64,000 nucleotides of DNA. It comes from Felis catus. Its lineage: Eukaryota. The translations under genes and the position numbers were made by a program. The notes beneath the pieces were generated by a model. The model searched no databases, was not told the origin of the DNA, and saw only the letters and a list, made by a program, of their open reading frames with translations. Position 1 is the stretch's first letter. Each line of letters opens with the position of its first letter. This document shows, piece by piece, positions 25,084 through 37,599 of the stretch. The stretch lies in contig NC_058368.1 in the NCBI RefSeq assembly GCF_018350175.1, positions 31,560,001-31,624,000 of the forward strand, in the 5' to 3' direction.

Positions 25084-27294
25084 AAAAATCTGTTTTGGAA
25101 ATAGGGCTAAGAAATCTTTGCAATATAAATCATTTTTTAACTCAGATCTACATGTGTCATTATTTGGAGGGAACATATTTTTAGCTCTTTGTACATAAAA
25201 AATATTATAGGCAACTATCATGGTTAAACTAAAATTTTTGAGAGATGCCATAAGTCAAAGAAGAGTGACCATTTTTTTATGAGCTAATATTTGGCAATGT
25301 TTGCTTATGAAACAAGACATCTTAAAAGAACCCATCCTATGATCTCAGAATGCAGAATATGTTTCTTCTTCGTCCAAGGCTAATAACTAAAACCCTTCAT
25401 TACATAAGGTAAAATAAATCCGTGGTTCAACAATTTGATCCAAACATCTGGGTGAAGTCTTAGCTTTCTCTAATTTGCAAGTCTACTATTTGATTTAATT
25501 GCATGTTACTTTATCTTATTCTGTTTGTTTATTAGGACTTTCTTTTTTTTTGGATGCATGCAGTGATTACTAATTATATGTAACCTGTTGACTTCTAGTC
25601 TTTTAAATTCTTTATTAGTATTATTTTCTTGTGATTTATTTTTTGTCTTTATTAATTTTCTTTTACCCCTTATGATTTTTTGTGAGTTTTGCTTATAAGC
25701 ATCACTAGAAAACCTACATAATTATGCTTCTCATGTTTTTCATGGATGTACTTAAAAGCATAATCTAGAGTCATTCTAGAGAGCCTATACTGAAGGAAAT
25801 ACAGCAAATATGTTGCTTTTGTATTGTAACAATTGGGCAAAGTAATTGTTTCTCTACCTCTGTTTCTTCTACAAATGTGTTTTAAGTATCAGAATCTATA
25901 TCTGTCTGTCTAGGACACACCTGTGGTTGGAGACTAAGTGAGAAATCAATTGCTAAAGAAGTCCAAATATTCAGCAGGAAAGATGAAACTCTAATATTTG
26001 AAAGAGTCCGGAAGACAAGTAGCTTTTCTTATATTTTTATTGATTTAATAGTTCTGATATTATCATTTTTATGATATCCTTATATTTGTTTAAGGCTTCA
26101 ATACTCTTTGGTAAATTTGTTTTCAGGAATTTATCAATATCGCTGTTTTATAACCATAGCAGCTTTGTGTGCCTTTACAATATTCCCAACACTCTTCACT
26201 TCATTTTGGTCAAGGCTGCTAAAACATCAGATATATTGCTTTTCTAAAGCAATCTGTCTTCCATCTACAGTTTTCAGAATTAGTTTATTAATCCAGTGCA
26301 AGAGAGAGATGGCTTCCTGCAAGAGGAATGTGCAGTGGTAGAACATCTGCTGGGGGGTTAGGCAGGGGCCTGAGATTTGTGACTGTCTCAGGGTGACTGC
26401 ACGAGGGGGCAGGAGCGGGGGGTGGGGGGGGAGCAACATCTTGCCCCGACCCCATTGCTAATCTGCTGACTGTAGATCAGGGGTCTGGGCTACCGGAATG
26501 CAGAGAGGTGATTCACGCGTGTGGGAACTAATAGGTTTCACTGCAGTTACGGGATCTGGAATTTAAAACCAGGTCATTATATATTGTACAGAACCCTAAA
26601 TGTTTTGATTTTACAGAAGGAAGGCAGACTGAAATATATAAAAGCACAACATTTGAATGTAGTTTTCAATTCCATTTAAATTCCTCATTGGCAAAAGACC
26701 CTCAGTTTATTAATTTGTAAAATGTGTATAATAACATTTTTCCACATGGCTATTGGTAATAAATGAAGTGATAATAATTAACTGCTTGGCATTAATAAAG
26801 CACAGAGAAGGCTCTTATGAAAGGGACTCCATTATTGTTTTGATGTGGAGAGAATAACCTTGGATACTACCGCGGTAGGGATGTACCTTGATTTTTATTT
26901 TTTTTCTTTCCTGTAGGCTAGTGTACTAAGAAGAGTCTCATATGGTAGACTATTTACTAAAGAGGCTGGTAAGATGTTATTTTTTACTTTACTTTTCTTC
27001 TGAATATTCCACATGTGGAAATAATAGCAAAATGCAGACAAATAGGCATTGGGTCTTTGTCTACTTTGGATTTTCTATCAGTTAAAGTCAAAATCAGAAA
27101 TAGATGGCACACCAGAAAGAGGAATGTTACATACAAAGAAACCACATAGGATAGAGCCATAATCTGAGGCTAAAAGCAGTGTGGCTATTAGCACCTAGAG
27201 TCCCGAAGAAATGAGGGAAGGGACCCTAATTGGAGACATCATCTTGTAGAGATTCCTGGCTTGTAGAAGGGAGGAAAAATTAAAGTACACTAAT

Positions 27295-28000
27295 GTCTAC
27301 AATACAATCCAGCTATGGTTCTCGTTGGTATTTACCCAAATGAGTTGAAAATTTATGTTCACACAAAAATCTGTTCGTGGAATTTTATAGCAGCTTTAAT
27401 TCATAATTACGAAACTTGGAAGCCATCAGGATGTTTTTCAATAGGTGGATGGATAAATAAACCGTAGCCCATCCACAAATGGAGTATTATTCAGTGCTAA
27501 AAAGATTAGCTATTAAGCCATGAGAATACGTGAAGAAAACTTACATGCGAATTACTAAGTGAAAGAAGCCAACCTGCACAAGCTAAATCCTATGATTTCA
27601 ACTATAAGATGTTCTGGAAAAGGCAAAACTGGGGTGACAATAAAAAGATCCATGGTTGTCAAGGGTCAGGGAAAAGGAAGCGATGAATAAGCAGCACTTG
27701 GAGAATTTTTAGGGCAGTGAAACTATTGTGTATGATACTATAATAGTAGATCTATGTCATTATACACCTGTCCAAAGCCATAGAGTGTACAACCCCCTAA
27801 GATGAATTGTGAATTTTAGGTGATAATAATCTGTCAATGTAAGTTTATAGATTGTAACAAATGCGCTACTGTGGTGCAGAGTGTTGATAGTGGGGGAGGC
27901 TACTCGTTTGTGGGCAGGAGGTTTATGGGAACTCCCTTGTACTTTCTACTTAGTTTTGTTGTGAACCTAAAATTGCTCTAAAAATACAGTCTGCTTTTAA
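27295..28000 (+). mobile_element. L1MC1-like 3' end (5'-truncated L1)
   Basis: GGTATTTACCCAAATGAGTTGAAAA...TTTTAGGGCAGTGAAACT...GTGAACCTAAAATTGCTCTAAAAA; flanked by AAAGTACACTAAT at 27282 and 28001. Confidence 0.9.
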
Positions 28001-28015
28001 AAAGTACACTAATCT

Positions 28016-28231
28016 GGGGCACCTGGGTGGCTCAGTTGGTTAGGTGTCTGGCTTCGGCTCAGGTCATGGTCTCTCAGTCCATGAGTTCAAGCTCCACGTT
28101 GGGCTCTGTGTTGACAGCTCAGAGCCTGGAGCCTGCTTTGGATTCTGTGTCCCCTCCCTCTTTCTGTCCCGTCCCTACTCATGTTCTGTCTTGCTTTGTC
28201 TCTCAAAAATAAATGTTAAAAAAAAACATTA
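28016..28231 (+). mobile_element. CanSINE (SINEC_Fc-like)
   Basis: Full-length; TSD GTACACTAATCT. Confidence 0.95.
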
Positions 28232-28785
28232 AAACGTACACTAATCTTACTCTGCTCGATCACTCTGACTTCTTGCCTAGGGGTAAAACAACCATAAGCA
28301 ATTAGGGTATATGCACCTTGTTAATACAGTCTATGCAGTCCAGCCAATCAGTTCAGAGGGTAGGAGGAGAAGGAGGGAGAATAAATAAATCTGGAGGCAT
28401 AAATGGAAGGTATGTAGCACAGACTTCTTATGAATGTTGCGACTATTAACAAAATTTCCTGACAGTGTTTTCATAACAACATTCCTCATTATCAGTAAGT
28501 CAGAGCATTGCATTCAAGTTTGTTGGTAAAACTCAATATGTGTTGAGTGGCCTTGACAACACTGACTAAAGAAAAAAAAATCCCGTAGAAAATACCATTG
28601 GATTTTATATGCATTATATTCAAATCTAGCACAGAATTATAATAAAAATATTAATACATATTATAAAGAAGGTATAGTTCTAATAAATATTGGGATGACT
28701 CTTAATGTTTGTATGAAATCGGATGTTCAAGAGAAGAGCACAAATAAAGCCTAGTAAGAGAGGCTAAAGATGAACTTATCATTCT

Positions 28786-28978
28786 TCTTTTTTTTTAATG
28801 TTTATTTATTTTTGAGAGAGAGCACTAGCAGGGGAGGGGCAGAGAGAGAAGAGGAAGCATATCTGAAGTGGGCTCCATGCTGACAGCAGAGAGCCCAGTG
28901 AGGGGCTCAAACTTGTAAACTGTGAGATCATGACGTGAACCAACGTGTGCTTAATTGACTGAGCCACCCAGGCACCCC
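28786..28978 (-). mobile_element. CanSINE
   Basis: TSD GAA(C/T)TTATC(A/G)TTCTT. Confidence 0.93.
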
Positions 28979-31423
28979 TGAATTTATCGTTCTTAAAGTA
29001 ATGTATAAGAGTGACTAGAAAACTGGATGTTATGGGCACACCAGGGCATGAAGCACAGCTGTGACAATTTCTCACTAGATAATTCAGATAACACGTTTTT
29101 TTATCTAAAAAAAAAAAAAAAGAGAGGAATAATAATATCTACCTCAGAGGTATTATGGGATAATTTAAGTTAGATAATATGTATAAAATATTTAACACAC
29201 TACAATGGTCATAGAAATCCTTCAATAAATTTTGACCACAATAGTATTACTAAAATTACTATTAGTGTCAACATCATTAGATTTTTTTTTAATAAATTTA
29301 TTGCACTGTTGGATTTTCTAAATGTTCATGGATTTCAGCATTAGAACATGGGTGAAACAGTTGTAAAGAGTCCTATTTTATCTTTTGAGTATATTATTTA
29401 GTAGATAGCTTATGTGAAGAGCACATTTTGTGTCTTTTAAAGATAGTATTGGCCAGTCTGTACCTAGGGAATGCTGATCTTTATTATCTGTTTTATCACA
29501 TGCAAGGGAAGCATTGCTACTAAAATCTTTATATTGCTGCCAGTGTACTGGCACTGCAGTAAGAGAAGCAAAGAGCTTAATCGAAGGTCATTTACTCAAA
29601 TCATATTTGCTGTGTGGAATTTATTGCTAAAGAGAAAACCAAAGACAAATATAGAATTTGACATTTGAGAACCAGTATCAAAGCATGAAGTGTAGAAGAC
29701 CTATAGCTTTGAGATTCAAAACTATATGGAATTTTAACAGTAGCCGTCAAAATACTTTATTTCAATATGATATAAACATTTTGATTAATATTACTTTTCT
29801 GATCACAACACCATTTTGAAATAACAGCCTTGAACACTGCATAGATCCTCAGAGTCAAGTTTTATTATAATTAATAACAAAGAAAAATCATGAAAGATTC
29901 ATAATGCAAGTAATAGGTATTTAACACCCTTCTTAAATAACAATGTGGGGAATATAAACAGTTGTCATTCATTCAAACTTTCTCTGGGATACTTAAGGCC
30001 TCATGGATGTGTGCGTTACAGGGATACACACACTTATTTTTTATTGAAGCTGCTTTTAGAGGAAAACAGCAAAGTGAGAAAATGGTTATATCAGTAGCGG
30101 TGTTTTTTTTTAAAAAGAATAGGAGGTACCTATTGGAGGCAAAGAGCCAAATATGGAATGTTCTTTGTGCCATACTTTTCCTCTAGGACCCAATAGAAGG
30201 GGTATTTACCAAACTTGTTAACTTGATGTTAAGTGGACTGATATATCCTATTATTTAAACTGGAATATAAGAAATCCGCTGCATTTAAGTGTGGTGTGTT
30301 CCAGATTCTGAACAAAAGAAAAATCCATGAATTATACACATGGATATACAGAGAAATTCTAATTAGTGAATAAACAAGTGGGAGGGGCATTCTCATAAGA
30401 GACAGAAAAAATGATATTCTGTCATCTGTGGATTAAAATGACAACATCATTCCCTGAAGTTTTGACAGTGATATGATAAGGATATTGAGAAAATATGAAA
30501 TCTTAAATTGTGAAACTGAACATGGGAAGAAACACCTGCAAGTTCATGATTCTTTTGTGGGAGTAGGAAAATGAAATGGACGTGGGAAATACTGGGGTAA
30601 TTACAGGGACAAAACCAGCTAAGATTGTTTCAAACATTTTATGTCAGTTCTCACGACATTTTATTACATTTGTGGATTTTACGAAACATTTTATTGTTGT
30701 AGCGATTTTAGAATTTAACTCAGCCTTGGAATAATGAAGGGATATGCCAGATTCACAGATCCATGCAGCATAATATTATATAAAGCATTTTAAATTGGGG
30801 GGGAAAGGAGAGTAGTTCCAGAAATCCTTAAATGTCCAAATTTTTCATCAAGTCATAGACAAAGGACTTCAATTTATCTTTAGTGTTAATGATTTGGTTT
30901 TGGGGAAATAAATATGCCACAGGATGCTAATTTTAGTGAATTTACTAAGCATAGATCATGATACAAGAAAAAGATGGATTCATTTTACATTATAAAAAAA
31001 CACTACAGGAAAATATAACTGCAGAATTAGATCTATTTGCTAAGTATGCCATTGGATAAAAAGAATATTTCAGAGAAGACGGCTCCTAGTTGTTGCTTTT
31101 TGTTTTTGTTTTCTCTCTCCCTTTTTAGAGATATGCTGAGCAGAAACCTTTCTCTTGGGGAGCATTTTGCTTACTCCAGTGAAAATGAAGGCATGCCTGT
31201 TTAGCCCAGGAGGGGATACCACAGGCCACTGTAAAAATGTACCACATTGATACTAAAGTCCTGTGCTCTATCTAAACAGGGAAGACTCTACATGGATAAG
31301 ATGTTGACTGGAAGTCATAAGTCAATGATTAAAAAAATTAGAATGTGTAAATCCATCAAGTAACCTGTTTTTGTTTTTCTGAAGGATATTTTGACTAAAA
31401 TCACCATTCAGAGCACATTTATT

Positions 31424-31484
31424 TTCTTTTCTTCTTAAACTTTATTTATTTTGAGAGAGAGAGAAAGTGTGAGTTGAGGGTGGA

Positions 31485-31518
<34 letters not shown>

Positions 31519-31655
31519 AGAGAGGGAATCCCAAGCAGGCCCCATGCTGTCAGCACAGAGCCCAACACAGGACTCAACCTCAGGACCTGTGAAATCATGA
31601 TCTGAGCCAAAATCAAAAGTCTGAGGCTTAATCAGACAAAGCCACCCACGCGCCG
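31424..31655 (-). mobile_element. CanSINE with an expanded (GA)n tract
   Basis: TSD CAGAGCACATTTAT. Confidence 0.93.
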
Positions 31656-32042
31656 CAGAGCACATTTATCAAGCTAAGTATTTTTTACATGATTTTGTGT
31701 TTTTAAAATGTAGTGAAAATTGTCGTCAATTCAAATGGTACCTATTTTTGCAGAGAAATCCTGAAACAAAAGACAATTGTCTAGATTCTTGTTGGATTAG
31801 GTTGGAGTTGGAGTGGAATTGATTCAGCTGGGAACATCAACAAAGCTGGGAACTCCCCAGTTCCCATACTGAGACTACCTTAATGTCCTTCCATTTTCTA
31901 TTAATCTTGTACTTGTGACACATTTGTTACCTGACCTGTAGAGGTGCTAATTAAGAAAAACACCCCAAGATAAATTCATAAAAAATAAGGAATATTAAGA
32001 TATTTCTTTCATTGTAAAGAATACCTAAAGATTAGTTCTGAA

Positions 32043-32227
32043 ATTGGTGGTGGCGAGAATTGGGTGAGATGGGTAACGGGGATTAAGGAGTGCACTTGTG
32101 ATGAGCACCAAGTGTTGTATGGAAGATTTGAATCACTACTTTGTACACCTGAAACTAACATTACACTGTATGTTAACTAACTGGAATTTATATTTAAGAA
32201 AGAAAGAAAGAGAGAGAGAGGGAAGGA

Positions 32228-32292
<65 letters not shown>

Positions 32293-32384
32293 GAAGGAAG
32301 GAAGGAAGAAAGAAACTTTATACACAGTGTAGTTGCCATGAGTTAAGTATATGGCTATTAAAAAAAAAAAAAAGAAAGAAAAAC
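32043..32384 (+). mobile_element. Carnivore L1 3' end with a (GAAA)n tail and a probable 3' transduction
   Basis: GATTAAGGAGTGCACTTGTGATGAGCAC...TGTACACCTGAAACTAACATTACACTGTATGTTAACT matches a carnivore L1 3'UTR; TSD GATTAGTTCTGAA at 32030 and 32385. Confidence 0.9.
32197..32315 (+). repeat. Compound (GAAA)n/(GGAA)n/(GA)n microsatellite
   Basis: Directly visible; derived from the L1 tail. Confidence 0.98.
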
Positions 32385-33577
32385 GATTAGTTCTGAACTT
32401 TGCATGAACTGTTATTCCTATAGCCAGAAAATGCCAGAAAGTGTTAGATGGAATAGCATATCAGAGATAAGCTAGTTTTAAAATGTTTTTAAGAAATGGT
32501 ACATTATCTATCAAATCCTGAAAGTAAAAAAGTTTAACGGACCCTAGGACTGGGCTGAGATGGAGAGGTTAAAGACAGCAATCAAGTAGAAGGAACAATC
32601 AAGGCTTCCCTTATGCTCTTTTTCTTTCCCTGTAAGTTGTTTCCAGGAAAGGGCACAGGGAGAAAATGCTCCCAGTATCGAATCCTGATGTATAATTTAT
32701 CAAATCCACAGGGTAACTCAGTCAAAGATTTTATGTTTTTTCCTTTATGCAAGATTGCACTGTACATTTTGTTTAGTCTCTTAAACGGATAGGAAGAACT
32801 GAAGGCAAAAATGTTATATTGAATTTTCACTTAAAGTCACCAGATGCCCAAGGATTTCAATTAGTTGAATTTTCATTTTGTAGTATAGCGTTCCATCCTG
32901 AAGTTTTATCTTTATCCTGTGCTTCCTCTGGCATTGTTCTTCAAGTAGGCAGCATTATTTTAAATTATTTCCTTTCTTATTATAAGTTACACTTTAGTAA
33001 AATCAATCAAAAGAGTAAATTGTTTTCTTTCCATCTACTTGCATTAATGAGATAAAAAAAGAAACGAAAGGAAGAACTCATAATTGCTGTGTTTAGATAA
33101 AGAACATTCAGTATAATTGGAAAATAAAAGAAAAAAATTCTAGCCAAAAGTAGTCTGAAGTGGGGAACAATATCACTTCTTGAAGCAAAAAGTAGGTTCT
33201 GCAACAATTGATATGATGTTTTTTAAAAAGAATCTATTAATCATGTTGAGGGAGCAGTAGAGAAAAATTCTCCAAGGCAATACAAGGGAGTTTGAATTTT
33301 GCCTCAAGGATGGTCTCTTTGGGAAGACTTACCTGCATATACTATGAAGCAGACCAGAAGATGATACTGTATTTTCTTCTTAGTAGGTCGTGGCTAGAAG
33401 TAAGACATGAAATACAGACTAGCAAAACGTCATCTTGTTTTTATTAGTATGTGTGAATTGACACAAATCAGAATTTATACAGATTATTAATGCATCTAGT
33501 TACACAGGTGTAATATTTAATTATTACAGTGTGGCAGACATTGAAATAAATGTGGAAATAAAAGCATGAAAAGGTTT

Positions 33578-33976
33578 ATTTTTTTTTTAATTTTTAATAT
33601 CTATTTGAGAGAGAGAGAGAAAATGAACGGGGAGGGGCACAGAATCTGAATCAGGCTTCAGGCTCTGAGCTGTCAGCACAGAGCCTAACGCTGGGCTCAA
33701 ACCCATGAACTGTGAGACATGACCTAAGCCAAAATCAGATGTTTAACCTACTAAACCACCCAGGTGCCCCTTAAAATTTTGTTTAGGTTTATTTACCTAC
33801 TTTGAGAGAGACCAAGATAGCAAGAGCAGGGGAGGGGCAGAGCGACAGAGGGAAAGAGAATCTCAGTCAGGCTCTGTGCTGCAGAATCAGGGTTTGAACT
33901 CATGAAACTGTGACATCATGACCTGAGCTGAAACCCAGAGTCAATTGCTTGCCCAACTGAGCCACTCAGGTGCCCC
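33578..33976 (-). mobile_element. Two head-to-tail CanSINEs (33578-33770 and 33771-33976)
   Basis: Two complete heads; the pair is bounded by AAAAGGTTT on both sides. Confidence 0.92.
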
Positions 33977-35519
33977 CAAAAAAGGTTTTTTTTGGGAGAA
34001 GATAGTAGCATTGATCTTTCATAGATATATGTTCAGAAGAGGAGATAATATTTTACATAAGCTTGATTGCCTTATTACCTAAATGCATACTCTATTTTCT
34101 TGTATTTGTCTATGTAGTAACTAAAACAAACATTTGTAATTAGTTGTACCATCTGACACATTGAAGTTAAGATTGGCAATAGTAGCTGCAACTATTACAG
34201 GATAAAGTCCCATAAATGAAATAAAAGATGTTATTATACATGTGTGGGACTTTTAAAGACACTGGAATAAAATACTAAAAAGTAATTGCAATTTCAAATG
34301 TTTGCAAATAGGAAGTTTGGGAGTTTTGGCTAAGTAGGAATGTGCTTGAAAAGAAAGGGAATCCTAGAGAATTAAGACAAAAGTGAGACTATAAAAATAG
34401 ATAACCTTTTGGATAGCAAGCAAAGATGTCTGAGTGAAATTGATTTGCATGGATAGCGGCTGGATTTGCAACTTCCTCCATCTCTTACTGAATGTGGGGT
34501 TCTACTGAATAAGGCAGTTAGTTAGCAGGAAGCGATCCATGGTTCTCTACCTGTAGAGGAAAGTATTAAGAGTAAAATATTTGATAGATTCTTTAACACT
34601 CCCTGACTTAGTCAAATAAAGTTAATGAAAATTCAGGGGACTCTGACCTGGAAATAGGTTTTTCAGGAGCAAGTTATCTGGAATAGTCATTTGGCTATTT
34701 TGGAGAAAGAGATGTGGGCCTGCTTCATCTCCTCATCTCTACTTTGCATGTTTGGTAGATCTGTCATGATTGTGGAATGTAACAAGGTGTGAAGGTGCAA
34801 CCATTAATGCAGATTTTTTTTTTTAGTGAAAGGAAAAGGAAAGTGTATATAATAAGAAATAAATTGACATATTCCAGCATATGGTAATGTAAGATCTATA
34901 GGACAGATTTTGAGCAAGTTGGTTAGCACATGGGATCCTTTCAAATAGCAGCGGATTACCTGAAGACCCTTAAAATATTTGAAGTTGTTAATTTATTAGC
35001 TTCCCAATAGACTCCATAGTCATCCTATGTTCATAAAATTTTGAAACAACTGGATTCAGGTTTAACTGTTACTATACTATTATTATACTGTAACTAGTCA
35101 TGCCATTTAACATTTCTGAATATCTTCATTAGATTAGTATAATTTTCTGCCTGCTTTGACTACTGTAGGAATTAAATAAAATTATGTAATTAACTTTGAA
35201 AAATATAAAAATGTTACATAGTAATGATTAATATTCCTAAAATGTTATAAGTATTTTTGTTAACATTTTAACCTGTTCCTCCTTTACAAACAAGGGTATA
35301 CCAATGAGTATTTAAGGAAAAAAAATACATCTTATTGATATATGGGTGTATATGACATTGTATTTCTTATGTCTAAAATATCAGTGAATCTACAATCTGG
35401 ATGTGTTGGGTAGATTACAGATGAGAAAGCAATATGTTTATAACTTTCTTCAAAGATATATTTTGTGATTTATCTTTGTTTATGCATGTAGCTTTACTTA
35501 ATTAATATTTTTAATAACT

Positions 35520-35617
35520 TTCTATTTTTAAATCGTTTTAGTATTATAGGAAAGCTACAAAGATAATACAGACAGTTCCTATGTTAGGGTTCTCCAAAGA
35601 AACAAAAGCAGTAAGAG

Positions 35618-35658
<41 letters not shown>

Positions 35659-35820
35659 TGTATGCATTACTATTACATATTTTTCAAAACCAACATACTA
35701 ACATAGGTATATTACTATTAACTAAATTTCACACTTTATTTGAATCTTGCCATTTTTTCCACGGATGCTTTTTTAATTATTCTAGGATCCAATCTAGGAT
35801 GCTGCATTTCATTTAGAGTT
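35520..35820 (-). mobile_element. L1MC/MB 3'UTR relic containing an MLT2-like terminal fragment and (GT)n (35619-35661)
   Basis: CTAGGATCCAATCTAGGAT and TACTATTAACTAAA are L1 motifs; TGTTAGGGTTCTCCAAAGAAACA followed by (GT)n resembles an MLT2 end. Confidence 0.6.
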
Positions 35821-36084
35821 AATTCATTTTAATTTTGTAGTGTATTTAATTGTATGATTATGCTACAATTTGTTTATTCTTATACAAACGGCAATTATTC
35901 CCAAGTTTCACCTTTACAAATATAACTGTTTTTTATCAAAAATAAGATAAAATCCGTTATATGTATTCATAAAGCAGCCCTACTCTTTCTCCCATTTTCT
36001 CTCAATCTGTCCTATAGAAAAAAAAGAATCTGACTTGCTCCATAGCATTTTGTCTAATTCCTAGTCTTAACACCAGTTTCCTTT

Positions 36085-36290
36085 TCTTTTTTTCCATCTT
36101 TATTCAGGTATAATTGACCAATACAAATATAAGATATTTAAAGTGTACAAGATGATTTGATATACATATACCTTGTGAAAGGAGTCCCCCACTGAGTTAG
36201 TTAACATATACCACACCTCATATGTTCCTTTTTTTTTTCAGTGAACATTTAAGTTCTACTTTCTTAGAAAATTTCCAATATACATACAGT
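36085..36290 (-). mobile_element. L1MA9/carnivore-type L1 3' end
   Basis: TTTATTCAGGTATAATTGAC...TTTAAAGTGTACAAGATGATTTGATATAC...AGTTAGTTAACATA; degenerate TSD ACCAGT(T/C)TCC. Confidence 0.8.
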
Positions 36291-37599
36291 CTTACCAGTC
36301 TCCCTTTAATAACTAAAATGTATGATACAATATGATCATAAAATCCTTGAATATTATTCAAATTAAATAGACAGCTTTTCCTCCATCTGGGGTGAGCTTC
36401 AGACTTGGAAGTGTGCTGTGAAGCGTGGGCATGGTGAGGAGATGTCATTACAAGTGGATTTTTATTCTTGGAGATTGGCAAGGTGATGGGAGTTCAGGAT
36501 AAAGATATGTTAAGAAAAATTGTTCTAAACTTGGAAATAGGGCTAAAAGGTGGGCTGTATGTCATTTAAGGTCATATGTGGACATTGTTTAATGGACCTA
36601 AGGATTATCCAGAGAAATATATACTTTAACTCACTTTAAACAAAGTCCCAGACTTAGTGACATTACATGTTTACTTGTGTATTTTTGTCCAAGAAAGATG
36701 CAGATACTCTATTAAAAAAGATAACCCTAGAAATTATGATTTGTTGTTCGATAAGAAATCAGCAAGTTTTGTAAGTAACCAAGCAATCTTATTTTAGTAT
36801 TCATTGTCTGTAAACCTCAACTTCTCAAATGCTCTTTGAATCATCATAATGGTTTCCTCTTCAATTATATTTTCCCTAATACATGTTCCTTTTGTGTTTG
36901 AGTTATATGTTTAAACTTTTTGAAAATCAAACTTTTAACAGACAAAAGGACCCTGCTTTGTTTGTGGCACAGTATATAATCTGGCTTCTGCTTCCCTCTG
37001 GGTGTTGTAGATGCGTAGTTGCTAGTTGCTCTTTTTTAGGTGTGTGCTTTTTTTTTTTTTTTTTTTGTATTTTTAGAGATTCTCTTGTGGCAAGCTCTGA
37101 CTGATGCTACTTGGCAAATGATGTCTGTCATCTGGAAGGCTGTTTTTCACTCCTTTCTTCATATACAACTCTTTTCTTGGAATTCCACTGCCTTTGAAAA
37201 TTCGAGTGACCCAAAATGCATCATTACACAACCATTTGTAAAGTACAGAGTATTTTGAATGCAGCCAGCTAGGAAGACTATTCCAACCACATCTTTCTTC
37301 TTTACCCTTTCCTAAATGGTAACCAGACGTAAGAATCTATTGCTCCCAAACCTGAGAGAGTACTTGTTTAGCTCTCTAAGTGATTGGCTTGAAATCTCCT
37401 CACCTAGCTTGAGATAAGAGAAAGCATCCCTTTCACTTCCTCTCTATCTTTCCCCATGAGAACTTGTATCGGCATCTTTCTCTCTCTTTCTCTGAAGAAA
37501 TCTTCTCTGTCTCTTCAACATCCACTCATTTATAAGTGTTATCACCTTTACTTCTTCCATATTTCCTTGGCTGTCCTTGGCATTTGTACAGTTTGTACT

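Larger units (their letters stand above)
27074..28421 (-). mobile_element. MLT1K-like LTR interrupted by an L1 and a SINE (pieces 27074-27294 and 28248-28421)
   Basis: Ends TATCAGTTA..CAGAAATAGATGGCACAC and ATCTGGAGGCATAAATGGAAGGTATGTAGCACA. Confidence 0.65.

Noticed and set aside
32098..32346. Charged KERK-repeat ORF
   Set aside because: Translation of the (GAAA)n microsatellite.
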